NCBI GenBank assembly: GCA_050084515.1
Contig: CM114271.1
Location: 372,001-436,000, forward strand
Source: Blasia pusilla
Lineage: Eukaryota
Reading direction: 5' to 3'
DNA length: 64,000 bases
This document shows positions 25,001-38,000 of the stretch, one piece after another. Positions within the stretch are counted from its first letter, which is position 1, and every line of letters begins with the position of its first letter. The position numbers and the translations under genes are program-made. The notes under the pieces are model-generated. The model saw only the letters and a program-made list of their open reading frames with translations, made no database searches and was not told where the DNA came from.

Positions 25001-28000
25001 TGGGCAGGAAGAGGATAGGGCAAAAAGCTAAAATAAAATAAAATTCCCGGCTGGCAAGGGCCCCATATCTCATCACTGACTAAACATCTTGCATAGACCA
25101 CAAAATCTGTCATGAGCCAAAGGTTTGGTGTCAGGAAAAAATCACTCAAGTATCTGGTGCTCGCAAAATTTGGTGAGGTGCCGAAGAAGATGCACGTTCT
25201 CAAGAACATCCCAATTGGCTTTCTGCTAGAGATTTGAAGCTACTAGGGATAGTGCTCTCCTAGGCACAAAAAAACAGTACAGCAGCAGTCACAGCACAGA
25301 GAATGGCTTCAAGGTGGGCATGCCAACTGATGACTCCCCCACAACTACCAGCAAACAGCTGTCAGAAGAGCTGCACAAAGCCTATTTATCTACAAGATGG
25401 GATACTGATCAGAAGCGTCGGGAGAATGAACGAATGACTAGATTTACTGTCGACTGGGACCCCAGAGGCCTATGGGACTTAATTTTGCAAGTGGTAAAAT
25501 GTGTAGTTGCTCCCACAGGTCCTGGTCAGCGCTTGTTGATAGGTCATGGATTGAAATGCCCTTTTTTGAGACATTCGCTGGAGTCATAGTACCAGTTCGG
25601 CAGCAGCACACTAATCCTAGAAGCTTGGAAAGCTCTTGCAGAAAGACGATCTGGGTCATCTTCACTGATATTTTGAAGGTGTTGAAGGAATGTGATCAGA
25701 TTTTTTGACGCATGAATTGGTACCTCACCAAACTCAGCCCGGAGCAAGTCATGGAGGGTTGTTCTCCTAATGCCCAAGCTCTGTCGCATGAAGAGCCGGA
25801 TCCAAAAGAGCACCATGACGGCGTAAGAGATGAGAATCGATCGCACCTCCATGAATTTTAGGAGATCAACTGAACGAATCTCCTAATCTTTCTACCTCTA
25901 CTAAGAGCTATCGAGAACAGGGCAGATTCAGATCTGGCTCATCAGGCTAATTGGAGCGGGGAAAGCTTTCACTCAAAAAAAGGGAAGACAGACTGTAAGC
26001 ATCGCCGTTCAGTGGAGCCAGATAATATGATGCAGAACCTTTCAAAATGCAGATACCATGTCAACATTTAAAGTGACTACTACGAACACTTCCAGGTCCC
26101 TACCCTGACTGAACGATTTCATGTGCAGTAGAAACCAAGTTAGTTATCTACGTTCCTAGATCAATGTTTGGTTGTTAGAGTTCCACATCGAGAAGAGTTG
26201 GCTTTTTGGGAAAAAAAACTGGATTCTCCTGATGTTATTTGTCATCCGTGAGTACTGCACATATTTTAATTCCAAGTCTCGGGGTACTCCTTGTGTTCCC
26301 GCGGACTATAGATAAGTTCATTCAGCTACGCTCGAAGACTTAGTTTACAACTAGTCAATAATTCTGGTTCAAGAATTATTGGCACATTCTTATTGAGACA
26401 CATTGCACACATACATAAGCCCCAAGGACAGGCTCGTTGGGCCGTCAGCTCTTTCGGTCTTGCGCTTTTACAATAAGTAGATGGTAAATCATTGACATTT
26501 CCACTGGACTTCTGGCTCCACTCTCAAACAAAGCTAAGTTTCAAAGATAATGGTCGCTGATTATCCCTCAAATGTTCAAATATTTAAGCTCAATGAACAC
26601 CCTACACGACACCGCACAGGAGCTAAAGTGCAAAATTATTCACTTTACTTACCATTGTCAAGGCACACAATTCCGTCATCGGGCATAGCCTTCCTGCACA
26701 ATCACAAAAGACGACAAGCTCCTGACATCTCATGAAAACGATATTTTCAGTCGATGAAAATATGTAATTAAATCTCGCGATTCCTTGAGGACAAACTAAA
26801 GACACACTAGGCTCAAAGTCTTCTTACATGTTGAATTCAAAGAACTTGACATGCGGCCAGGTAGTTTTTTGCGACACAACTGTAAATCTTGATCACGATA
26901 GTATTTTTAAACCTGAGATCAGACACAATCCGTTGTGGCATCAGTGGAAACCGTGAATCAGTTGTACCGATCAGCTGGTGGGCTTCTAGCTCCTTCTTGA
27001 CCTGGCGGGAGACATTACTCAGATCTTAAAAAGACATAATTTCTGGCCACATCACCAGAGTTAGTCTGTTCGCCAAGCAGAAACTGGGAACAAATGAGAC
27101 CTACATCAGCTAATCGCGTCTGGTAATGAAGTGAATATATCGTAGGTTGTGTTTTTAGAAGACCATGACAGCATGTTCTACATACACTCAGTATACCTGA
27201 ATGTGATGCTTACAACATATATGGGAGTTATATATCAGTGTGCTCATTAGGCACGTGCGAGAGACACCTGGTAGTAATACAAAGCTGTAGCTCTAATTAA
27301 CGGTAATTCGTTTAGGAATGTCTATGCTTGAAACTCACAAGCACCATGCTATATTCGGAAGGAATTAAGAGAGCTAAGCGAAAGAACGTCACGAGTTCGA
27401 CGCGCAGGAAGAGGGCAAAGCGAAACTCTACCTTGTGGATGAAGCTGTAGTCCCAATGCGATTGCTTTGTTATACGACCCTTCAGTTGCCAGATTGCATT
27501 GGCAATATCGCCCACAACCTCTAACTGAAACAGGCGTGCACATTATCAGATACTAACGGCAACATAGCTATTTTGACACTGCTAGATCATAAGCTAGTTG
27601 AAACGTGGAATTATTTTCAGCTGTCAAAAGATTGGTAAACGAAATTCTCAACGCATAATGTATTAGAAGTAAATGATATTTACTCACGTGAGGAAAGTAC
27701 ACATTGTCCACCTTCGCAGTGTAAAAGTGAATGTGAATGACCATTGGGGGTTTCCCATGACTGCGATGCCAACCATGAACAGGTTAGTACATGGTACGTG
27801 TGGGATACTGGATTTATCATATCTGGTCCTACCTCCATCAGCAATTGACTAACCAAGCAGCTGTTGTGAAATGCCTGTTTTCGCTGCCAACCGAGAATTT
27901 CAACAGAAATCCGCGAAGAGGAATCGTCATCCTTTCTGAATCCCGGCGATAATGGGTTACAACAGGAAAGACAAACTCTTCCAGCGCTTAACGGGACATC

Positions 28001-31000
28001 TCAAAAAATCTTGCATTTAGACTCATGCTTATTGCTGATGACCATTGTGATTGCAGGAAACATCACTGCAGATATTACTTCATGTACTACTTCATATTAC
28101 TTCCTTCCTAACAGTGTGCCAACGGTCCGCAATCACTTCAATACCTTATATCAGGCACATCTACAAATACCTATATCAGCATTAGGTTCTTCCACCCTCC
28201 AATAGTTTCAAATGATATAACATATTTGTTGATTGTAATAAACCCTTACAACCCTCCGGGCTTTGAGAATATTCTGATCCTCACTGGCACACGATAAAAA
28301 TATTGTTTCTAGTAGGAACACACTCCAAACCCTGACAATGACTTTCTACGTAGTGATTGCTTTTCAGGGCTTTTTATAAACTTTCTGTTAAGAGGATCGT
28401 GCACAAATATGTTCCTTTGATTGTCCTACACTTTTCCCGACAGATTCAGGTCAGAATATGGGATAGTACTGGCAGTGTAGCTAGACATCATATGAATTTT
28501 ACAAGCACGAAAGCCTACGTGACACTCATAGATGGATGTATATTCGTATCATTCAGTTTTTCAGGATCTTGTGCATGAGTTACCTCATTAAAAATGGAGG
28601 TTTTTCAACAACATCGTGACCAACCATTATGATAAGATCTGCTTTCTCAATGCAGACATGCTCGTAGTCCTTTGCTGACAAAGCGCAGCAACCTAGGTAC
28701 AGCGGGTGGGCCTCTGCAAGGTCCACGCAAGTCAAACAACAGTTCCCATCATACATTTATGAGCTAAACTGGAATAGCGACGGCGTGCATCTAATTTGTA
28801 GTAATAGCGCTCAAAGTCTGCTGAATTATTCGGCTGTTCAAAAATCTTACCCGAAACAACACCCTTCCCCATCTGGGTTGTGATGAATGGGATGCTAAGT
28901 TCGTCCACCAGTTCCCGAAGCCTGCAGTACGAAACATAGGTATATCATAAAATTTTGTTTTCTACTGGAAAGTCAAAGAGAACGAGGAGATGTACTATTG
29001 TGCTCCTGGCACTTTTCCTTACATTTTCTGTGTCAGTTTGCGATTAGCACCAGCACCAATTAGAAGGAGTGGAGTTTCTGCAGCCTCGATCATCTCAACA
29101 GCCTTCCGAATCGCCTTTTGTTCAGCAATTGGCCGTCTCACAGGATGCACCGGAAAAATCGGGGCGTCAGTTTTCTGTTCTGCGATATCCTCCGGCAATT
29201 CCAGATGTACTGCTCCAGGTTTCTCTTCTTCAGAAACTCTGATTGCCTCCTCACTAGTGATGGCACTAGGTCTCCATCCGCTATCTGTTTTGTAAACTGC
29301 ACATGGACTCTCACAATATTCCCTCTTAGAATGTCACCCAGTTTCAAATGCACTTGACAATAGAATCTTGAAAACTTCTTTCAACCCAATTAGTCGACTA
29401 TTTATCGAACAGGGTGTAAACCCCAGTTCGGGTTTCAACAACTCAGTTCTCAACGATATCAAAAATATTCAGCGACGTCACTCTTCCACAGCACCTTCTC
29501 GCATCGATTCTAACCTTCGATTAAATTTTACATCTGACCATGCAAATCTTCTCGGTAAACAGAACGAGCTTTGTCTTCAAAAGGTCTTCCCATAAAGACT
29601 CCCGAAAGGTAAGCAACCAAGTCTTTAACATGTTGAATTGTTGCTTCCTTGGCTAATACGTTATGGGTTGACCCCAGCTGCAACGCCTTCTCAGATTAGA
29701 AAAGAAAACTCCTCTCTTGAGTTATCATCCAAGACATTGGACCAACGCAGACCACTATAAACAGACTTCCAAAAACCTACCACTCGGTGGCCATTATCCC
29801 CACTTCACATCCATGAGCCCACTTCACATCCGTGAGAGGAGGCATCAGATCCACAGTGAAGTCATCGTGCTTACAGGCACCACCTTCAAGCTCACAGGGA
29901 TACATTTGTTGTGGGCATCCAGCCCCAACTACCAAAATCAGAAACTTACGCCCACATGCAGAGCAGACCATTCAATTACCTTATCATTCTATGAACATAC
30001 ATTAGATGGAACCATCTTGAAGAGATTCTTAAATCACCACTTTGAGTAGTTCCACAAAGAGAATGGGCATAAATACTGCGATGATCAAGAAAGCATGATC
30101 CAAAGATCTATAAAGCCTACATCCTGGTTAGAAATCCTTCAAACACACTGGGACGTACCATCCACCTAGAAATATGCGTAACAAAGTCTTACGGAAGATG
30201 TTTGCTTACTTGGCTTCACAGATCTGCATTTCAGATCTGTGAAGCCAAGTAAGCAAACATCTTTCCCAACGAATGCACCACCTTCACTTTCCTCAATTGT
30301 TTTCCCGCAACTGGATCACCGTCAATATTCTTCCAGGAAAGCCCCGGGCGGGAGCGGGGGGCTGGAGGGACGCCATGTAACATATCTCACCTTGGTGATT
30401 GGACGCATGTTCTCAACGATGTCTACAATCTGGAATGACCCCTGCTTACTTTTGCGGATAGGCTTCTGGCCGGTGATCATCATCTGCTCACATCCACATC
30501 AAGTAGATAAACTTAGCACAGGAAAAAGAACTAAGGCAGTCCCATTCCCCTCACGCATTTTTAGATCTCGCAACGGATGACGCAACTAAACTTCCCAAAT
30601 ACTTGCACGTCTTTAACCACAATCCCCACTTTGTAAACCCCAATTGTCCACCACCAGCACCCCAAGGATGAGTAAAAGTGAATGTGAGTTAAAGACCAAA
30701 CCATTGCGAAACCAGCCAGCTGCGCGTATGCAGCAGCAGTGGCAAAATTTGTCGCTCCAGGTCCCAAGGTGGACAAACAAACCCCAACCTTTCCTGTCAA
30801 TCTCCCGACTGTAGCAGCCATAAATCCTGCTGCCTGTTCATGCCTCGTTACCACCAGCTTTATCGAAGAAGTTTTCAGAGAGTCCAGCAAATCAAGATTC
30901 TCTTCTCCAGGTATTCCGAAAATATACCTGCCAAAAATTACAACCAACCCTGTGATGAGACTACAACACAGGCAATGGCGAGTATCCCATATCCACAAAA

Positions 31001-31448
31001 AAATATGGGACAGTAAAGTCGGGATTTGTTACGAATTAGCTAGTCTTCCTTAACTCAGAACGATTCTTCCCCAGACCCTGCTATGTGCGAACTCGCGACT
31101 AGTCTTTGGAGAGCACTCTCCCAAGGGCCATGAGCCTCGAGACAGAAATTGCATGTTTATGAGGATCGCTCGGAGCACCAGCAGTACGAGAGAGTGAGGA
31201 TTAGCGATGGCCCCTCTCACATGATCTCTCTTCAAAATATCCTGCTTTAGAAGATGCAAATCGCTGAAGAAGGTTGAAATCGCGCAACACAATCCAACTC
31301 GAATCCTCAATTCCATGAGGAATCAGTGATCTTCCGTTTGATCAGCGCAAGATGTTGTAGGAACTCACTCTATACCCTCGTTCTCCAGCGCCTCCACCAT
31401 CACATCAGAAGTTTTCCTCATCACGGCAGAAGGAGTTCCTGTCGTCAT
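12398..31448 (-). CDS. Fusion protein: ThDP-dependent acetolactate-synthase-like enzyme (candidate 2-oxoglutarate decarboxylase) + ALDH21-type aldehyde / succinic-semialdehyde dehydrogenase; 30 exons, 1158 aa if one missing base in exon 4 is restored
   Basis: Exons (minus strand): 31448-31369, 30927-30702, 30483-30391, 29296-29023, 28921-28851, 28713-28584, 27760-27688, 27524-27432, 27001-26913, 26693-26653, 24491-24457, 24222-24076, 23843-23737, 23505-23458, 22908-22809, 22583-22500, 22387-21759, 16848-16780, 16313-16256, 16158-16096, 15934-15873, 15550-15394, 14550-14470, 14316-14212, 14007-13951, 13768-13665, 13564-13489, 13304-13203, 12981-12874, 12511-12398. All introns are GT-AG except one GC-AG, phases agree at every junction, and no stop lies between the two domains. 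Confidence 0.88.
17400..19800 (+). mobile_element. Decayed LINE (APE endonuclease + RT), antisense within intron 17 of the fusion gene
   Basis: [13 protein letters not shown] and CDHQ (APE-like); degenerate GVxxGCPL near 18990 and LLIYADE (YADD-like) near 19110. Boundaries approximate. Confidence 0.6.
22500..31448 (-). other. N-terminal ThDP-dependent enzyme moiety (acetolactate synthase large-subunit-like, bacterial PRK08322 type), exons 1-16, ~564 aa
   Basis: [75 protein letters not shown]; ThDP/Mg motif [11 protein letters not shown]...[26 protein letters not shown]. Confidence 0.93.
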
Positions 31449-32467
31449 ATCTTACTCGGAACGACACTTGTCTCGTAAAACAAAAATGAACGTGAACGCG
31501 ATCGCTCCCGATTTTTTTTCCCGAAAATCAATTCTCCACGAAAATCCTGCGAAGAATTTACCACGGACGGTATCAGACGCGCGCGTAGAACAACCAATCC
31601 CCGAATCTGAATTCCATGAGCGGATCACAACAACACTCCCGATTGCTTTCTCTCGCCATCACCTACCAATTCCACATGTTTCAAACACAATCGCTGCAAC
31701 CAAATGTCAGGTCAGGTCAGCCATTCAATCAAAACCTCGCACGTAGCGCATGCGAGCATCAATCCGGGTCTGGAACCGTGCGAATTCCTCCACGCATCCA
31801 CGCAGAAGTTGCGAAAGGAATTCGGTCAAATTCAGCGCACTACGTGCGTTCACTTCTGGCGATGCCGCTTCCAATGCGCTGCGCGCCTACTGCAGAATGC
31901 ACAGAGCTTCTTAAGCCAAGGCCTGCAATTCGCCTCCGACGATCGCGTGCGCACAGTGCGAGCACTGCGAGCCTTCTTCCGCGGGGAAGTGTCAGCCTGT
32001 CAGGCTGCCCCGTCCGCTGCACAGGTGTCTCGCTCTCTCGCTCGCTCCTCTGACTCTCACGCCCGCTGCTCTTATCATCGATCCTCCGGTCTCCCCTCGC
32101 CACCACTGTCGACGGACGGACGGACGGACGGACTATGGTCGGACTACACGTCCGATGAAATAGTAGATGGTAGGTACTGATTGCCGCTTCTGCGCTCGAT
32201 ATCAGGGAACCACTGCAAACGGACAGACGGAGAAAAGGACGGATGAACAAGCCATGGTCGGAATACAGTAGCGCTGACTCCGACAACGTCTCCGATGCAT
32301 GCACTACTGGGTAGGACCCAGCGATCCGACCATAAAAGACGATGGAAGGAGATGAGGGGGCTTCGTTTAGGGTTGAGAACGAGGTTCTATAGGGAACACA
32401 ACACACACATCACGTAAGTATTGGGATGCTAGCATATTGTTCACATATTCTCTTTTAACTACGTCAA

Positions 32468-33525
32468 ACTAGTATGGGGGCATGTGCAGTATTAAAAAAC
32501 GTGTGAATGCGCTATAGGTGTGTGAGTGGGAGGTGTAAAAAGATGGAGTTAATGACAACCGTACTCTAGATGAGATAAAAGCTTGCTATAAAAGATGATA
32601 TGAAATGATTTTAATGCATAATCTACTTAAAACTTGGTGGAGGAACCACCTGGAGAGCTTTATTTTGAGGGTTGAGGAGTGCATATTTGCACTAAAATGG
32701 GAATGCCCACATCCGTCCTTGGTACATCCTAATAAGATGAGATAACAAGCATAGTATGACAAGATAATAACATGTTCCTATCTTTTATTCATTTTGTGAC
32801 TTGCTATGGATATGGGAAGAAATGAAAAAGTTTGGATAATAATCTTGTAGGAAGTAACGGGGTTTAATTTGATTGGTGGGAGTTATATTTATGGGATGAC
32901 AGGTTTAATGATGATTTAATGTGTGTGAAGAATGGATTAAAATTTAATAGTAATTATTATAGGAAGTAATAGGATTTAATTTGATTGGTGAGAGTTATAT
33001 TTACTGAAAGTGGTTTAGTGATGATTTTTTGAATGTGAGGAATGGCTTGAGATTTAATAGTAATTATTATAAGAAGTAGTGGGATTTTATATGATTGGTG
33101 CCCGGGGTTATATTCATGGGGGAGTGGTTTAGTGGTGATTTTATGTATGTGAAGACACTGAAGAGTGGGTTAAGATTTGGGTAATAATTATTGTAGGAAA
33201 TAGTGGGGTTTAATTTGATTGATGGGAATTATATTTATAGGGGGAGTGGTTTAGTGGTGATTTTATGTATGTGAGGAGTGGATTAAAAAATATATCCACT
33301 CTTTAATTTCATTTTTCTCTACTAATTTTTTACAATAATATCTCTTTTCGTGCTACGCACGAAAATGCTAACTAGTATCCTTAAAAGGTAAGTAGATAAT
33401 CTAATCTTGAATTTAAGTGATCCTATTGGTTTAGACATTGAGTAATTCTATTGGCTGGAAAGGACATGTGTCTAAAAGAGATATGATCTCAAAATGAAGA
33501 GGCACTCTTCAATTATAATATAGAT
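32468..33525. mobile_element. Non-autonomous Helitron-like sequence(s)
   Basis: Hairpin TTTTCGTGC-TAC-GCACGAAAA (33345-33365) followed by CTAG|T (33372-33376), a typical Helitron 3' end. Minus-strand A|TCTATATTAT start at 33524; ACTAGT at 32468. Confidence 0.55.
32838..33287 (+). repeat. Four diverged tandem units of ~110-125 bp
   Basis: Recurring TAATTATT(A/G)TAGGAAGTA...TTTGATTGGTG...TTATATT...GTGGTTTAGTG.TGATTTT. Confidence 0.8.
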
Positions 33526-35049
33526 GTGCAAAAAATATAATTATAAAATGCCTTATGAAGAAAATAATGGGGTATGAACTTTTAGATATGTGACACGTGG
33601 AGTGCTATAAATCTAAAATGATTATGAAAGTAATGGCAAGAAAAGAATGCATATGGATGTAGGAAAAAAATTATGATGTTCCACATTATTTTGGAAATAA
33701 TATTTTGGACAAAAATATTTATTAAAATTTCATGGTAAGGAAATAAATATGAATGTTCAAAAAAAGATCTGTATAGCATAAGGAGGCCATAAAATGGAGA
33801 TCTGATTGAGGATAAATTTTAAGTTGCATAATGATGAATGTACAATATTTAAAACATGCTTATGCATGCTTTGTTTGACTAACATAACTGGAGTGATTTT
33901 TAACCTCTTATTTTTTATGTGACTAAAATGTAGAAGTGTTGAACCTTGGACGCTTGGATGGTAGACGTGTTCTCATTTATTGCACCTGAGCAATACAGAG
34001 ACAAGTGTGAGTATCAATAAAATCAATAATAGACTCTACAAGATTGGAAAAGAAAACATACACCATGGATCGGCCTGGCAATGTTGTTGGATGCGGCGAG
34101 TGTGGGTTCACGAGCACATCGCCCGCGTCTTTGGTGGACAAACTTGGTGCCACATGAGGTATTGCGGAGGGCTTATGCGAGAGTGGAGCGTCCAAGGAAG
34201 TTTTTGCTCATGTAAGAAAATCTTGGCATCATTCTTCACATAATGAGACTCGATATATGGATGATTTATTACCGTGATCATCCAATTGTCCCCACACTAG
34301 GCACTACATATCATCATCATATCTCTTAAGTTTTAGTAATAAACATGATAGATACATATTTTAGGTACATAGAGGTTGGCTCAATAGGACCTCTATATCA
34401 TATTATCACACTTAGGGTTTTGCACAAATTACCCCAAATGTTTTCAAGTTCAATGCAACTTCATACTCCACATGTAAACAGATGTTGAATGAATGTTTTG
34501 GTTGGAATGTAATAAAATGGATAAAGTTTTGTGGTTGGAATGAGTAAACTTCTTTGATATTATGTATAACTATCACCATTGCAATGTACGTATGACAAAC
34601 CTTGATTTGTGATCTCCTTTGTTCGTTCTTATGGTACATGACAGGTTCAACTGCATATTTGATACTTTGAACCCCTTAGACACCTTGTGCAAATGGCAAA
34701 CTCTAGTTCAAACTCAGTGACACTAGTAGAAAAGAGGGGGGAAGGGAAGGATGATATGCCAATCCATGTGTTGTCCTTCAAACAAGGACAAACACTGACC
34801 GGCTTTCGCACAAGATGTGATAGGGAAATTGACTTGGAATTTGGGATGATAGGCTACCTGGTAGAGTTTGACATCGTATTGAGAGCCTAATTGAGGTAAG
34901 TGAACTTGAAGGAAAAGTCTTTGTGATTGCATAGCAAGCCTATGGATGCACAAGAAGGGTCACGACTGTGTCCTTGCACTCATATGCTACCACTCTCCCT
35001 ATCATAGACTTCACAATTATTGGATCTCAGTCACATACAGAAGCCACTA

Positions 35050-38000
35050 CCCATGAGGAAATAGTCAACACACTGCCTATCAGCGATTCATTTTAGTCAC
35101 GCCTTATGTTTGAGGTAGCAGCAAAGAGCTAGAATGATGAGTGGAACAAGCATAAAGATTGGGTAAAGCGGCAAGGATACATTGAGCATAAGTGGAGAGT
35201 GCAGACCTGGGATGAAGGGCACGATGTTCGAGGGCATCTAGAGTGCTTAGAGTGTCGGGAGACTTATGGGAATGCAGCTAATTCCCAAGTTCTGAAATCA
35301 ATTTCAAATTGTTTTAACGATTTCAAGACTAAGCATCTCAACAAACCTGAGCACAAATAGATTTTTTGTAATAGAAGGGGTCTGCCTAGTGCATTGATTT
35401 CTTCTAGCAACATTGTACAATAATCTCTATGGGATCGTGAACAACAAATTGCCACAGGTTTAGAAATAGTTGAGATAATGAATGTAGAGGTTGGGGGTGA
35501 TCGAGGCAATAGTTTTTTTCTCTAAAACCATTTGCCATTGGCGCGTAGTTTGTACAAAGGTTATACATGTTTAAGGTATGATGTATAATATGTGGCAAGA
35601 TGCACACAGATATATGCCTAAGAAAGGCCAATTTGGATCATAATCTATGACAACATTTCGTTGGTCATGATCACTTAGATGCCCTTTACACTAGAGAGGG
35701 AACTTCACAACTTGCACGAAGGTCTGGGAAGAAGGGAAGACCAAAGAAGCTTGATCGTGGGGATTTTTTTCTTTCTCATGAATTCCATTTCCAAATTCTT
35801 TAATCTTGATGGCTTCAAGGAAGGAACTAGTTTATGAAAAGGTAGGTTTGCTTCCTCCATTGATCCTCGACTAAGTTTGCTTTGTTGGGGCATATGGGAG
35901 GTGTGTTTGAATATAGGGTACGTACAATCACGATGGTTATCTTACTTTGCACATTTCTCTATCATGTCTATTGTTATCTAGTGGGCTTGTGTTGTGACTT
36001 GATAATGTTGTGGTAACAGATGGGAAGCAAAGTACGACACTCTGATTGGTTTCTGTGGTCCCTCAAAAGAACATATATGCTCTTTTGGGTTGGAAGTACT
36101 TATCGGGGAAGGTAATGAAGGATATGATAAAATTGTAAGTACTTTTGAGCAATATGCCAAAAGTATGTAAGCTAGAGTAGTAATTGTGAATCCTCTGCAT
36201 GAGAAAATGCCAGAATTGACCCTTTGTGTTGCTGCAACTTGTAATTAATTCAAAGCTAATTAGGTGAGGGAGCATTGGGTACAGCTGAAATCCATGTGGA
36301 ATGAATATTGTAAAGCAGATGTTGGTCCTCTTTTGGGGCATGCTAGTGATGGTGATGCTCGTCATAGAAAATTAATGATGGAAGGTTATATTGGTGTGAA
36401 TGGTTCTTTTCGAAGGTACAAGGTAGGATGGGAAGGGTGGTAGTATTCTATGTTCATTCTTCCAAATGCAGACTTGTTTGGATTTGGCAAACAAGACCCG
36501 CCCCACAATGGCAAGAAGGCTATTAATTAACCCATTGGACAAATGTGTTGCCATGCTAGTTCTTGGTGATTAGCATGCATCATTGTCCTACGTGACTTGT
36601 GTATAATCATTATAAAATTGAGGAGCATGGCTTGAATTGAGATGATGTGAATAGGACCGACATGCAAAATTGGGTTGGCCTACAACGAATAGCATCGAGG
36701 ATAATACAAACCTGCATGCAACATATGTTTGAGTGTCGAGATGTTCTCCATGATGGAAGTATTGGGACTAATTGTACCTTGAGATTTGTGCAGATTACAT
36801 TGATATTTTCTTCCTTGTTTAGCATGACCTGCGAACTCGTATAGTATTGGCATCTAAGGTATTTTGGTTTTTTCATTCGTTTGAGATACGGTGACCACTT
36901 TGTGACAGGCAATGCAAGATGTGTCACATAAAAAAAATTCTCTATTCAGGCTTTCCATGATATAAACATGTCTTGCCATTTGATTGTACTCTTAGTTTGT
37001 GCATTTCAAGACAAGTTTCCATATTTGCAAGTTCCATTTCATTTGCTAGGATCTTATTTTTGTGAGGATTTTTTCCAACAAGGTAGGTGGCATGAGTGGA
37101 CATGAGAGAAACTATGACTTTGGATCTCTACTAGATAGTGCAATAGGAGTGAAGCTCCGGCTGGCTTAGAGTATGGACCTGAAGGATTGAAGATAAGCAA
37201 GATCATATATGGGCAAAATTGCATCCTCTTGGTGAGGGTGACAAGGCTCCAAATCTATTTGATTATTCATTGATAGGGACTAATAAGTTGGTTATTGATG
37301 CTCTTAAAGAAGGGCTAGATACAATAAAAGAGCTTTTCCGGTTGTTGAACATGTCTCCAAGGAGTTCCTTGCCAACTGCAAAGAGAAGGCGGTGGATGCA
37401 TCCTTGGGAGGTGGAGGCCGAGACATGGCCTCATTCACCTTCAATGAGGGAAGCGGTGTCATGTGTTGATATTGAAGACCATGAGGACCACCGATCCACA
37501 GTAGGGCCTCTAATATTTGAGCAGTCAATTGGAGAGGTTTTGGAGTTTGAGACCCTTGAGGAAGATTTGAATCGGATTGATTCTTGGGCCATAGAGTAGA
37601 GTTGCCATGTAAGCGTGTCTCTCCCAATATACGAAAAAGTGATAGATATCGACACTAACCCAATATCCATTAAGATGGAGATATTAGGACATGAAGTAAG
37701 GCATGTGTTTGCATCTGTTCAAGCAAAATTGACTAATATGGCAATTCTCCATGAAGTAGTGCCTACTGTAACTTATGAAAGGAAGGTTATTTATAAATAT
37801 ACCCTTTTCATTGAGTTGTCTTGCAATACTTTCATGTGAAAAGACATGCTTAATCGAATAGCCGAAAAGACATATAACACATCTACCAAGGGAAAAGAAG
37901 GTGATCCTAATCAACTAACTTGTTTGGTTGATGATATAACAATTTTTTTTAATATTCAGTAGACATTGGCCCTTCCACAAGGTCAAAAAACTCAAAGAAA

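Noticed and set aside
30341-30372. Isolated GC-rich patches (also ~17611 and ~39113)
   Set aside because: Short and without shared structure; may be noise or local assembly artefacts.
31450-32410. Overlapping 145-188 aa ORFs upstream of the fusion gene
   Set aside because: GC-rich promoter/UTR sequence with ORFs in several frames and no protein features.
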